Below, one piece after another: positions 1 through 14,086 of a stretch of DNA of 64,000 nucleotides. Within the stretch, counting starts at the first letter, position 1. Every line of letters starts with the position of its first letter. The notes beneath the pieces are model-generated. The model ran no database searches. It was given only the letters and a program-made list of their open reading frames with translations, and was not told the origin of the DNA. Source of the DNA: Octopus bimaculoides (Eukaryota); assembly GCF_001194135.2 (NCBI RefSeq), contig NC_068992.1, positions 1,733,040 to 1,797,039 of the forward strand, in the 5' to 3' direction. Both the position numbers and the translations under genes were made by a program.

Positions 1-3000
1 TTTGAGAGAAGAAATATCACAAGAATATATTTTGCAAATCTGGAGACGTCGGAAGTATTTTTACGTTCTCATTTCCTGGACGAAAGAAAATTGATATTGT
101 TTCGCCCGCGGGTGGAATCATAGAGGAAGTAATAGAAAGAGAGAACGAACAATTTATAAAATGAACAAAATAGACACTGATCATTTGAAAAAATAACAAA
201 ACATCTGCATTAATTGCAGCTACGGGAAAACTTGTACATCTCAGAACATCAGAAGAGCTAGATGACAAAATGCAATTGCCTTCCGTTTTGACGATGGCTA
301 TTTTTTTTTCTACCACAGAGATTTTTGAAATGTTGTAGAAGAAATGGGAACTCTTAGAGCCAGTTACCCCTTCGTAATAAAACAGCTAAATTTGATTTAT
401 GTACAAGAAGAGAGAAGACACGTCATCTATATGTAGATCGATGACTATCAGTTGGTTCCCAATTGGATCATAACATATAGTATTCATAATGCAACACGAA
501 AGCTGCATGACAACATGACGTTATTTTAACCGAAAATCTCTTCACTCGAAGACGAATCGTATGTGGAAACAGTAATCAGTTTTAATTTCAATGTTCAGAT
601 TAAAAGTATAAAATGTGTTTAGTGATAAAATATGTAAAGATACTAGTAATCCGCTCAACAATTAGCAAAAGGATTAGCTACTGACTTCTTGCCAATGCGT
701 GAATCGAAATTACTAAATGATATTACTGTTATTACTCACTGAAGAGAACTGTATACTGCTCGAAGTATTGTAATATTCGAAAGCAAGAAAATTTTCGATA
801 AAAACCTTTGAGCAGCGCAGGTTAGATGTTAGGCAAAAGTATAAAAGGTGATATTAAATGAAAACAAAGAGAAAATACTTTACATGCGTTGAAAACTACA
901 GATGTTTCTAGTGTTTTGTGCGAAAATCATTGATGAATTACCGTATTTATTATTGTGGTTCGTTCAAACAGGTTGCAGAAAATAATGTGATGTAGCAATA
1001 TCAGCTTCAGAAATGGCAATTTATTGCGAGTGTATGAAGGAATTGTGGGAAAAGATTTAGAAAAAAGCTAAAGTGAAATAGTTATTTTGGTAATCTCCAT
1101 GTTTAAATAGCGTAGGTTATATGAAGCTCTTTATTGTGATAAAACATGTAGTAGTAATCTGAAAATTGTGTGTTACATATTAAATTCCCAAGTTGAGCAA
1201 GTGTAAGTGAAATATAAGTGAGCACCGGTGTGCAGAAAAGAGAGTGTGTGGCGTTTAATCCGGTCTGTTTTTGATTTCTGGGTTTTGCTTTTCAATGCGA
1301 ATGGCCTTCTTGATTAGTGAATTAGCAAAATTCCTCATTATACGGTTGCAGTATTACTGCAGATGGTATTTTTAACCTAGAAAGTGTGTGTCGGTATGTT
1401 TTCTTTAATCTGGAGCCGGAATTTCCGTTTGTGCTACTGATATAGTGATAGCTACATGCATCGCATATTTAGCTAGAACAATACATATGCACGCAGACAT
1501 ATTTTTTTGTCACAGATCGAACAGATTGTTTCCACACAGAAATTATTTGTTTGGGGAAGTTGAACTTTGACGGACTCTCAGAATACAGAGGGTTAAAATA
1601 AGTACAAATATATGTCAAATCATTTTCTTCGAACGACTTTCAGAATGACGGTGGTAGTCGTCTCGCTAAGATCTGGACATTTAGGGAAATGTCTTTTTGT
1701 GGTAGTCAATGTGAATGAGTAAAATGTAGTGTATCCATGAGAATTTTTGGTTATAAATATTGGTTGCATTTCTACTTCTGCTACGAAATAAATCAATTCC
1801 TGGCAGTTGTATTTGTATTTGGGAGATCCTTGGACAGCTTTGTTCTCCATTATCGGCACATGAAGATATTAAGTGCTTAGTTATCTTAGCTAACCATCCT
1901 AAATACCGCCTAACCGGATAGTGATTGAGAACGCAAGGTTACTAATATGACACGTGCATTCAAAGAACATGCGTATAAGCATACAAAAAATTGCTTATAT
2001 ACATATACAATTGCTTATATACATATACACACATATGTAGATTAAGACATATACAAATAGATTTCGTCAATGAGTTATATGACACTAGTTTAAGCGTAAC
2101 ATAGATCAACACCATACTAGAAGTAACGAAAATCTTAAACTCTTGAAATCCACCGTCCTAATCAGAGGAAAAGTTATACCACAGTAGAAGAGATTCTAAT
2201 TTAAATTGTAGAGCTCACGCGTTTGATAAAATGATAAATGATAGATAAAATTCGTAAATATAGCATTTTATCATTTGTGTTGCTTACAGCCGATTTTATA
2301 CAGACGTAGCCATGTAAGAACGAATGAAAAGTAGATAATGCTTTACATCTGTTTCAAAATTTCAGCGACTGGTTGAAGCAATAAGTTATATTATGCAAAC
2401 AGGTCTGCATTGATGTAATGAAGTACATCAAAGATTTTTTTTTTAATTTTGAACTCCTAAACTCGAATTCTACAAATTCAAACCATAATTTTAGAAGAGT
2501 TTCTCTCTTCGGAATAAAATTGTGGCAGAATGCAATTCCTTTAGCAGCAGGCTGGTACTTAAGAGTATGGAAATGTCAATCAAGAAACCAGTGGGAAATA
2601 GGATGAGTGATAGTGCGGTAGTTATAGCGATTTAAAGGAAGGTCGTGAAGTGTAGAGCGACGTGACGTAAGAAAAGTGGAATAGAAAACGGATAAAGAAG
2701 AATGAAGGAAAAATAAAAGAGAAGCAGATGATAAATGGAAGGGCGATAATCAGCTTGAAAGACACAGGCTAGTCGTGACAGGCCATAAACCAGAAAAGTA
2801 TCCAGCTGAGTTCATCAAAAGAATGAAAGTAAGAAATATAGGTTCCATTCCGAAGCGAGTGACAGAAGACGCTTTCCAGCCTAATTGAGAGTAGATTTAA
2901 CCAAGTATGTAGCGTATGGTAGAAGCATCAAACGGGTAGGAAGCATGGTAAAAGTATAAAGAATCAAAGGATGAAGAACAGGAGTGAAAAATACTAGAAT

Positions 3001-3698
3001 AATCGGGAATCAGTAAAAATAAAACGACGAAAAATACAAGGTATTCAATTTAAAATGTTTAGTACGAAGGTGAGATAAATGTTTTATAACTATAGAAATA
3101 TAACGTTTAAATTTTAATGTACCACAAGTATATAGGTATATTTCATCTATAATTAGGCCTAGATTATAAGTAAAATGAAGTTTAGATGTTAAAAGATAGT
3201 GAGGTAGTGAAAATATAGGTATAAGATATTTAATGCAATTGAAGAATATGGTAAATAGGAAACGCTTAAAAAAGTGATGACAGAATAAAATTGCGTCGTA
3301 ATATATAGATTGTATATTGTGCGTTGTCTTGATAAAATTCTCCTGTTTTGAAACTATACCACCTTCCGCCGAAGCTGACTTTGCTTTTCTGTACCAATTG
3401 AGCACTGAGGTCAATGTAATCGACCTGCCGCTCCCCTAAAATTTCTGGCTTCTTGACCAGATTTGAAATTAATATTAGACCAGATTATTTCAGTGGAAAT
3501 ATTTTTAACCCAGAGGTAACACACACATTTTGCTTATGCAGTGAAATATTTGCGCTTTATATTAGAAAGTGAGTAAAGGCGTCGAACTGGAAGAACCGTT
3601 TTCTCCACAATAAACTACCTTTAGAAGTTAAAATGTGTCAGATCATATTTTAAGTAATCTAAACTCCATATATTTACATATACACATATATAAATATG

Positions 3699-3761
<63 letters not shown>

Positions 3762-3764
<3 letters not shown>

Positions 3765-3912
3765 CGCAGGAGTAGGTGTGTGGTAAGTAGCTTGCTTACC
3801 AACCATATGGTTCTAGGTTCGTGGCATCATGGGCAAATGTCTTCTACTATAGCCTGGAGCCGACCAGAGCCTTGTGAGTGGGTTTGTTAGACAGATACTG
3901 AAAGAAGCCCGT

Positions 3913-3913
<1 letters not shown>
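3762..3913 (+). mobile_element. SINE family A copy (tRNA-like head)
   Basis: AAGCGCAGGAGTAGGTGTGTGGTAAGTAGCTTGC...GGTTCTAGGTTC...GGGCAAATGTCTTCTACTATAGCC...GAAAGAAGCCCGTC. Homologous copies lie at 27437, 46836 and 57119. Flanked by (TA)n. Confidence 0.85.
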
Positions 3914-3943
<30 letters not shown>

Positions 3944-3978
3944 NNNNNNNNNNNNNNNNNNNNNNNNNNNNNNNNNNN

Positions 3979-4039
<61 letters not shown>

Positions 4040-5989
4040 TGATCACTTATTTGGGGATAGTAGAATTTTTATGTGGGTGTTCAGTGCTTCAGGCACACAT
4101 AGACGCTTTCAAATGAAAACTTCGAGAAGGGAAATGAAAACCGTTAACAATTAACAAATGATATTCTCTCAGCAGAATATTGCGAACATAACAGACCAAG
4201 CCGTCGGCATTATTACAGGTTTTTAATTACTCATGCTTTCTTTATATATATATATTTTTTAAAGAATACTATGCGTTACATCATGTCCATTTATAAGTCT
4301 AAACTGCAGGACGTTAGATAAACGTACACATATACACAAGTATAAACACACCCAGAAAAACAGAGATATCAAGACTGTCTTCTGAGCTATGATATTAACT
4401 CTTTTAGGCATGGAAATGTTGTGTGGTATGTCTATAGAAATTATATCGAGTGGTGGACACGAAATCAGTCTCTACTCACAGTTTCCAAATGCTGAAACCA
4501 AGCCGTTTTTTAATGATGTAATTACATGCAGCGCACATGAATTTATGACATTTAACAGACCAAATATCATATCGCTACACCGACATAGAGTCGTATCTAT
4601 TTAAAGACATCGAGCCATTTTCAGAAATCTAAAACCTTCCTTTTGCATACGACTAATTAACTGAATTGTTCATGTAATTATCCTGATTCATTGCTTAAAT
4701 TCCTTTATATTTTCGTGTTTGTGCTTTTTTCCTTGCCTTCCTGCATTCATCAGTGTGATAGAAGCATGAATTAGATCATGCAATGTTGTAAAATTGGATC
4801 CTTGCAAACGTGACGCAAACTGGAGTGGGTAAGTATCGAGAGTAGCCTACATGCAGTTATTTAATCCTCTCATCAGTTGGTTTGGTGAATCATATTCGAC
4901 GGGTAATTTTTAAAATTTCGATTATATCTATGCAGAAAATCATTTACTGCTATTCATCAATTCTTACATTATAGAAAGGTATTGATATTATTAAATTTCG
5001 AATATCTTTTTGATAGGACGAAGTATAGAATATATTTTCCAATTCTTTCTTCAATCTGTTTTTCTAAATTCACTGAAAGCAAGCTAACGATATCACGGAG
5101 TTGTCCACGCTCTACGCAACATTTACGTTGAGATAACGAATCGGACAGACGGGTAGTTTTTGAATTGTAACAAATATCTATATCTGTTTATGTATCATGC
5201 TATCTATGTATCTGTCTACTTAGATAGATAGATAGATGGATAGATAGATAGATAGATAGACAGATACATACATACATACATACATACATACACATATATA
5301 TACATATACGCATACACATCCTCACGCTACCTACGCACATGCACACACATGCACACACACACACATGCACACACACGCATAAGTAAGTGTATTTATATAT
5401 TTGTGTGTGTCTGCGTGTGTGTATATTACACTATACATGTTTGCGTGAGTGTGTCTGTGTAGATGTATATATAATTATGTATATTTATGGCATCGAATAT
5501 AGCAGTCGGAATCATAGCTGAATGTTTTGACTCTATTATCAATGAATGAAGAATAGATTTAAACATATATTCAGCAGGTTTTGGTGTACTTGATTCGCTT
5601 CCCTAATGACAATTTGAACAGAACTCTCGACCCCTTTCTTTCCTCCCGCTTGCTATTCAGACACTACATTGTGCGTCTTGCATTGATCCTAGAGTCTCTC
5701 ATTGAAGCATCCTTTTCTTATGTATATCCTATACAAGCGTGTTATAAGCCTATAGGTTTTGACCACGTGTTTCTGCTGTTATTTAACTATTATCGTTTTA
5801 CGTGTGACTACCAGCCTGGCCAGCACTACAATCTAAGTATTATTTGTTCGTTTGAAAAAGTTGAAGAGACCTGAGCCGTAGAATGTGAGCATTCTATATC
5901 AACAACCTACTGTAGGGTTCCCCCTGGTGATTTCCAGTTTGGCCATTTTACAACAACCCTTAAGAGAATTGCACTATCAATGTAAGTTT

Positions 5990-7100
5990 GTGGGTGACAT
6001 TTGAACAGTACTCACTTCGTAGTTCATCTAATCGCTTTGCCTTAGTGCTGTATTTATTGTTTTGCATTCCAGCTCCCTACTGAAATGTCAGTAGATCAAC
6101 AGGGAAAGGGATCACAGCCCTGTTAGTACAACCTTTCATCTTGCGATATACCGACTTTGCAATTGATATATTTTCTTGCAATTGATATATTTTCATGTCA
6201 GTAGGTTGTTTTCTAACGAAACTGTTCTTATCAATGGCAGTTCATGTTTAACAACAATTATCTTGCCCGTTGAAGTCTCATGTCGATATTCCCCATAGAC
6301 TTTAGATAATCTATCAGAAAGTTGCAAATGATTATTCCTGAATTGATTTTTCTTTTTTAAATGTTAGTGTCTGATTGTTCACTATTTTTCCTGAGTCTGA
6401 CAATATGTTCCTGCAGAGAGGTAAACCTATTTTGCTTGTTTCCTCTCACTATAATCGATCTGCGCAACTCCGTTCTGTTGGTGAGCGTTAATCGTAGTAA
6501 AGTATGGCAGAATATTCAATGTCCAAAAGTTGACATTTTTAATCTGTGCTAATTGTTCTTTAGCTAGTTCGTGCATCACGGATATTGTTAGGTGGTCAGT
6601 CGGTTTTTCTATTGATTCGCGAGGTATTTGTTCTCTCATGAAATTTCTTATGAAAGCAAATGCTAAAGATTTGTTTAAAATTAGTTGTTAAGTACCCATT
6701 CAACTGTTTGTATTCTTCACTCATTATTATCGTTTGTTCCTTATCAGTTACTGTTCACTCTTCTAATGGTAGTACATTCATCTCAGTTGTGTTTATTGCG
6801 TCGTTTGCGGTCCATATTGTTTCTGATCTCAGAGTAACAATTCATTGGTCTGGTTCTCTTCTTATTTTCTGTGTGATTCTAATAGTCTGTAGTGATAGCA
6901 GCAAATCGTTGTTTTAATAAAGTTTTGCTCTTATCGCAGTTTTTTATGCACTGACGTTGGAGTATATTTCAGATCCCTGGAACTCTATACTCCTTACATG
7001 TAAATTATCGAGGGATCTTTCTTAACCTGTTTATAAAATTAATGCAAATCTTGTTTCAGTTGAAAGGTACACTGGAGTTTCACGTCATGGTTCTGTGGCC
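5990..7100 (-). mobile_element. Heavily decayed Penelope-like retroelement coding remnant (RT C-terminus to linker)
   Basis: Minus-strand translations give ITTDY.NHTEN (cf. ITTDIYYKPTD), HELAKEQLAQIKNVNFWTLNILPYFTTINAHQQN (cf. LPFVTTYNP linker) and a downstream YQLQ/TALRQ stretch loosely like GIY-YIG. Many stops and frameshifts. Motif resemblance only; boundaries approximate. Confidence 0.4.
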
Positions 7101-10032
7101 TACTATAGCTGATCCCTATATCTTGTCTAGTCATGGTACATATAATAGTTATCCCAGAAGCTGAATTTCTGTTATTTTTAAACGCTTCATTACTGTATTT
7201 TATAAAATGGTGCCACTTCGCTTTAATCCAACGAAGATAATCGGTTTTATTTTTTACAAGGCTTGTAATGACGGCAAAATCTCTAGGGGCTACTATGAAT
7301 TACAGGAATATGAATACGTACATAATTAGGCAAATATGGTTGGCGGTGTGTGTAAAGTTAAGGAGCATATAATTTTGCAAATTCACGTTTCAAATTATTT
7401 TGGTTGCACGCATTTGCCACAGTTGCTCTGGGCTAAGTTGGCAACATCAAAAATCTTATTCTTCCTGGTGTTCATTTTTCTCTTGCTTTTTTTTAATATA
7501 TTATTTCCAGACTGTTTTGCGTTTCTCGAATCGATATAATAAGTTGATATGTTATTCTTAAGGAGAAGCTTTGTGTTTGCACTAGAATAGTTCCAATGAA
7601 GAATGACTGTTTCAAGAGATTGTCCATGAACATCGTTGTAAGAGAGGTTGAATCCCTCAAGGTATCCAATTTCATCTTGTCATCAGATGACTTTATATAC
7701 GTTCATCATTTTGCAATCGCTGTGTCAATTCCAAGATAGATCGATAATTGCAACATTAACCAAGTTGTTGTTAATTGGAATAGGCTGATGGAGAAGATAT
7801 GCAACATTAATCTGTACTCAATTCTCTCTCTCTATATATATATACTGCGATATAGACCAATGTACATCAGGAGTATTCATAAAGTATACACCAGTAATAT
7901 TCTGGAGGTGGTCATTGAATTTGATAACCGGATATAATTCCACTTGTAAGAATATTCGCTACCAAATTAAGACTATTACAATACAGTAAAATATTTTACT
8001 CGCAAGAGGATAAAAAAGAAAAGAATGTATTAATAATTCATCGTCTTTGTACAATTGATTTTCCATTTACGTTGAAACCTTCTGATTCAACTGGGAAACC
8101 ATTGAGTTAAATACATTTCCTCAACGACATTTTGGTTTCACTATTTTATATTTATCATAAATCAAACATCATTATATCAGTTGTTCGTTATAGATTTTAA
8201 TAGAGGAAGTTTCGTCGAAAATTCCAAATACGTATAAAAAGTCAATGAAACTTTACTCAAGAGCATGGTATGACGTTCACTAAATAATTAGTAATATAAC
8301 AACAAACAATAAATCATAATCTACATTAGTGTGTTGTAGTCTTTCTTATATTGAAGTTGAATATCTTCACGCTGATATGCTGAGAACTCTCGAGGAGAGT
8401 GTATTTGGTAATATGAATCAGTCCATCATTACAGCTGTGAACCAATATATTTGACTAATGTACAAGGTAATATGTAAATGAGGTTATTTCATGGGGGACC
8501 TACAAAATAAGAGAAATTAAATTCAAACTGTCAACACTTTAAATGTACGAGTACATCGTTCTTCCATTCTTGTTTCGTGTCCCGTCGACTAAACAAGATT
8601 ACTAGACACTTTAAGTTTGCAGATGCGATTTGAAGACATCATCATAGTAGCTTTTGAGTAGAAAATTGTTCACCTTTCTGTTACAGTCTGAGACAAAGTA
8701 TTTAGAGCTAAAGAAACTACTCATTGATGTCACTGCACCGAGATGATACCAGTATGTCGTTCTTTCATTTTTAAGGAACATAGTAAAATCAAATCTTCAT
8801 CATGAAGTCGTGAAAGAAGTAGAAGTGCTAACCATTCCGACATAAGACACATTGATCAGCACCGAAAGAAAGCTAAAAATACGGAGAGTAGTTAAAATTA
8901 CTGCTTTATTTCGCTTAAGAATTCAAACAAAATGGGTTTATTACAACTACTACATATAACATCCGACACTTGATTAAGATAATTACAGTTAAAAGCCTTG
9001 TTGAAGCATTCACTCACACGAAATTTCATTCTGAGAGCCAGCAGGTTGTACAGTCATTATTTCATTATTATTTAGATGTGATGAATAAAAATTTGAAGTG
9101 AAGCTTTTGTTTTCGTGCAACCGGACGGCTATTTCTATTGAGGACTGTTTGCCGGGGAATAAACTCACCTGGGAACTGTTGAAATGCTATAGAGGTGGTT
9201 TTTCAACATTACTGAAAGAGAATACAATCGACGCTGTTCTATCATGAATATTTCATTTACAAAAATAAAAAAAAAAACAAGAAATAATTTGCGTGCATGA
9301 GTCTTATTGTTTTGGCTCATGATTTTAGAAAAAAAAAGAGAGAGAGACCTTGTTAAATAGTAAAAAGAGAAAATCTAAATTAAAGGCTGGCTGTCCCTTA
9401 ACCACAGAACATAAAATAGTTTTTTTTTTACGCAATACAAGTTAACGATTTTTAAAGTTGCTTCTGTTGTTTTAATGTTTATGTATGTCTGTACGTATAT
9501 GTTTCACAAACACCTAAACCTACGTATACACAACTATACATACCAGCACAAACACACGCACAGACACATACAAACACATACGTATGTGAGTTGGTGAGTG
9601 ATGTACAAGAGCAATATTGATTTTCTTCGTTCACGAGATTTTTTCTGATGTTTGCAGTTTTTGTGTATGATTTGTGCCTGTAACTTGAGATATCTATGTT
9701 AATGTGTGAGTGTATATAATGAGTATAGTTACGTGACTGTGCTTCGCTTCTATTATTTACTTGCCCATGTGTTTACATGTCTTTCTTGGAATTTTCACTG
9801 TTTGCCAGTGTGTGCATGTCTGTTCTGTTTAGAACTCTTTTCACAACATCAGTGTACCTACACAAACAATTATATAAATGTGTGTGTGTGCGTAATTGAG
9901 TCTATACCTGACGTGCAGACATGTGTGACATCTGCATGTTCTTTTGTTGTTACTTAAACATTGGAGTATAAGTATAGGTATCTGTAAATGATTATTTCAA
10001 TCTAATCGGATATATCTGAGACAAAATATATA

Positions 10033-10076
<44 letters not shown>

Positions 10077-10078
10077 TG

Positions 10079-10150
<72 letters not shown>

Positions 10151-10998
10151 TACAGAGAGAGATTGCTAGACAATAAAGGGAAGACGACATGCTTTTTCGT
10201 TTACGACAATATGAATTATGTCAAAATAAGTTCTTGCTTAACTTATGTTAATTGTCTCTGTGATTGTGACTGGGTGGTTGAGACATTAAAAGAGCCGGAC
10301 TACAGATTTACACAATAATTTCAGTGGGAACTAATTACATTCACACAAAGGACCCGGTTGTGCTTTGGTTTCTTCCGGTGTAACCAAAAGTAGTAGTGTA
10401 TTTTGCGTTCAATTAATTAAAACTAGCACCTGCAGATACTCAAGATACCGATTTCATTCTCTTACAGCGATCGTTGATTTTGCTGTATCATGAGAAGTAA
10501 CTCGTAATAAAACAAGATTCGTAATTTGAAAGAATCCATGCATCATCACCACATTCTAAAATGCAGCCGAGTATATTTGTTATCAAATTCTCTAGTTTTT
10601 AATCTGATTATTTTTATCCAATTTCTTACGCTGCTTACTGTTGTCATCAATGTTGATATATCATGTTCCAGCCATAGGTCGATGATTGCAATGCTGGCTA
10701 ATATTATGATAATTTGGACAGACTGATGAAGAAGCTATGCAATATTAATATATATTCAATTATATTTATGGATTACAGTTGGTAAAAGATAATCCTCAAG
10801 ATGTTTTGCGTAAAAATGACGTCCGAAGAAGTAAATAGCATGAATCAAAGTGAGACGAAAATCTTTATTAGACCAAATTATGGAACAATACATGAACAAT
10901 ATACAGATTTATAATACCTTTACATACACGCTGGCGCTCACTCACAAGCACATGTATTAATTATTCTGATGCGAATATATTGTTGACCATAATCTTGA

Positions 10999-11181
10999 AC
11001 AGTTCTATATTTAAGAGATGAGGAATTATGTACATTATTTACATTATTTACATTTGACGGATATTTGTCCTAATCTTGTTTGTTGTTAACACGACGTTTC
11101 GGCTGATATGCCCTCCAGCCTTCATCAGGTGTCTTGATGAAATTTCGAACGTGGGATCTCATTTCTAAGGTATTTCTCGAT
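10999..11181 (-). mobile_element. Penelope-like terminal repeat fragment carrying a hammerhead motif
   Basis: The reverse complement matches 55709-55855 over about 145 bp (CCTGA.GAAGGCTGGAGGG.ATA.CAGCCGAAA...ACAAACAAGAT.AGGA.AAATATCCGTCAAATGTAAATAATGTA). Confidence 0.7.
11088..11133 (-). ncRNA. Minimal type I hammerhead ribozyme motif
   Basis: Minus strand reads GACAC-CUGAUGA-A-GGCUG(GAGGGCAUAU)CAGCC-GAAA-CGUC-GUGUU. Core CUGANGA and GAAA are present, stem II is 5 bp, stem I is GACAC/GUGUU, stem III is palindromic ACGU and the cleavage triplet is GUC. Confidence 0.75.
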
Positions 11182-12821
11182 CTTCTTCTTTTATCAGGAC
11201 ACTAAATGTTGTGAAACTCCCGATAAATTATACTCCGAAAAGTTAAACTCCATGAATAAACATCTTTAAAATTTCCACAATTTTGTTTTGCCAATGTTTT
11301 CTGCTTCAGTTCTAAGAACAAGTATTCATTATCCACCAAAAATACATTATCATAACCACTCAAATATAAATCTGATGCTTCTAGAAACCTCTAAGTTGCT
11401 GCAAATACTATGCTTTATTGTTACTGTGGACAATAGTTCAGGCCTTATCGTTTGTTCGTCTATTGTAAATTTCATCGGCAATCAGCAAATAACCAGACAC
11501 GTTGCTGCGCCCTACACAGAAATAATCAGCGAGATATTACCCACAAAGTGATTGTCATTATTTAATTGCGTAGGCCTATTGTCACAATGCAGTGGATTTC
11601 TGCTTTGTGTAGCTGGCGGGTATTGGACCATTTCCACTCTGTCATTCATGATTCGCTTTTTCCCGTCCTTACATCACATATATATCGTGTATGAATAACA
11701 TAAGTTACATTAACCCATTCCAGAAGGTCGACTAAATTAGATTCGGTTATTTCGTAGGAATCTTTATCACGTGACTGTCAAATAGAAACTGTTGAAGATG
11801 AATAATAGCACCAGTCTCGGGAAAAGGGCGAGCAAGGCGGGTTCATCCACCTCGTCCACACTAAGTCAATGAATAAAAAAAATACATTGTGCCGAGGAAT
11901 TCTTATTTTCAGTTCCGTCCAATACAGCAAAAGTCTGATGTTACTTCCTACTTTAAGCAGCTAAAAGTGTAAATATGTTATTGATGTGTTTCATACTTAC
12001 GACAACACGCAACCGTTTGCTGCATTTTCTACCTTGCCACCAGTTTGTTGTTTCTATAATGTAAAATTCACAACGATATACGCAGGTTTACACTCACGAA
12101 ATTTTATGCATTTTGACGCTGGAATGAATTCTAACCCAACTGTAATTTGTAGACGCAGTTTTTGTTTCCTTTTTCACACGCAATATATCATTGATTAAAT
12201 AAAGAATGCGCTTCAGTAAGCGGTGATATCTGAATAATCATAGTTTTATTTCAGATCAATGTATACTTTACTCAGAGGAGAAGCACAAACCACAGGCAGC
12301 TTTCAAGATGCGAAATAAATATTAAAACACAACGATTGCTTCAGGAGCGACGAACGAATAGATTCTTCAAAGTTTTTAAGAGGACTTTATGAGACACAAT
12401 CACACACACAAACGCATAAACTGAGAAACGAGTATATACACACAGAAAAACATACAGATGTGATTGTTTATTTGCTGCGAGCATAAGCATCACAGAAATA
12501 TGCATATGTAAGTATTCGACTCTCTTGTCTTTTGTTCCCTCTCTTTCTTTCTCTCCACCTCTCTTTCTCTTTCAATCGCAGTTCTTTCTCAGCATAAATG
12601 TATGCTCCTGCGCACCCGTCACTGGGTGTGTCCACATATGTACACTTACACCCACATTCGCGTGCATACGTACATAATCCCGCACACACACACACGCACA
12701 CACATACATACAAGTGCAAATACGCACACACACACACAATATTCAAGTATTTTTATACAGGTTTTATTTATATTTGCGTTTATTGAAAACGTATTGAAAG
12801 ATATGTGTGTGTGTGTGTGAA

Positions 12822-12902
<81 letters not shown>

Positions 12903-12920
12903 AAGAGAGAGAGAGACTCT

Positions 12921-12954
<34 letters not shown>

Positions 12955-14086
12955 CTGTATGTGTTTTTGCAACTGTAGATAAGTACAAATATTAAAACAC
13001 GCAAATAATTGGAAATACACAGAAATATACAAATATATATATATACACACACACACTTATATATTTAGATAGCTAGATATAGATATATTTATATATACGT
13101 ATATATGTGTATCTCTCTCTATATATACATACACACACACATATATATATAAATTGATGCACAAACATATACCTACTCACATATGCGCATACGCACAAAC
13201 ACGGACACGCACACACTGACACGGACACAAGAACACACAAAGGGACGGGCACACCCATACGCACACACATTTGTCTTTCCAGTTTTGGAGGACAAATGCC
13301 TGAGAGCGCGCTATGTTCTTCGTTGTCGGCTACTATCTGTTATTCCCATCTTCCAGAATGATCGTATGCGATGGTTATACGCGCAGGACTCCTTGCAGCT
13401 TACCACGTTGAATATAACGATAATGAATATGACCTGTGGATGGAAATTTTTACATATTTTTAATGTATTGCGAACATGCAGTTCTGCATCCCACATTTTC
13501 CCAAATGAACATGTGCGATGCAGAAACACATGTCTCAATACATTAACAAATTCTAAAAAAATTCCATTCACAAATCATTTTCCTTGTTATTATAGTTTTG
13601 TTTTGTGCTGAACGGGGACACTAAACTCTCGTGTTCGAAAATTGTGTGCCATATAGCCACTAAGAAACGATGCTTCCTGGACCTAAATAACTGTAACATT
13701 CGACTGCCACGTTATGTTGGCAAATAATCTTTAATCTAGTATATTGTTACTGCATGTCCCTCGTTGAGAGATTTACAAATAGAATTTTTTTTATTTTATA
13801 CAATATATTATATTATATCTTATAAACTATAGTTACGAAATATCACTTTTCGCAGGATTTAACTACTACGATTATCCAAGTGCCAACTCAGTTCACATCC
13901 TAAAAGTATGTTCACACCGTAGATGACATTAACCATGCACTCTTCTATCTAGTCATGTTTGCCTGCCCACTTTAATCCACTCGTATCCCTTGTGACTTGA
14001 TACCCACTGAAACAGGAACACATTATATATATTATATATATATAACATTTGAACAAATAAGAAAAGACGATTAGAGTGTGTAATTG

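Noticed and set aside
2440-3010. Purine-rich stretch possibly from a Penelope-like or LINE element (similar stretch at 22650-23070)
   Set aside because: Motifs too eroded to support a family call by eye.
11961-12053. CVLS as a CAAX box of a Ras-like protein
   Set aside because: It is not followed by a stop in any plausible splice form, and no G-box exons were found.
12468-13270. YIYI/HTHT/CVCV/ERER ORFs here and at about 22000, 25500, 33000 and 52500
   Set aside because: Dinucleotide microsatellite artefacts.
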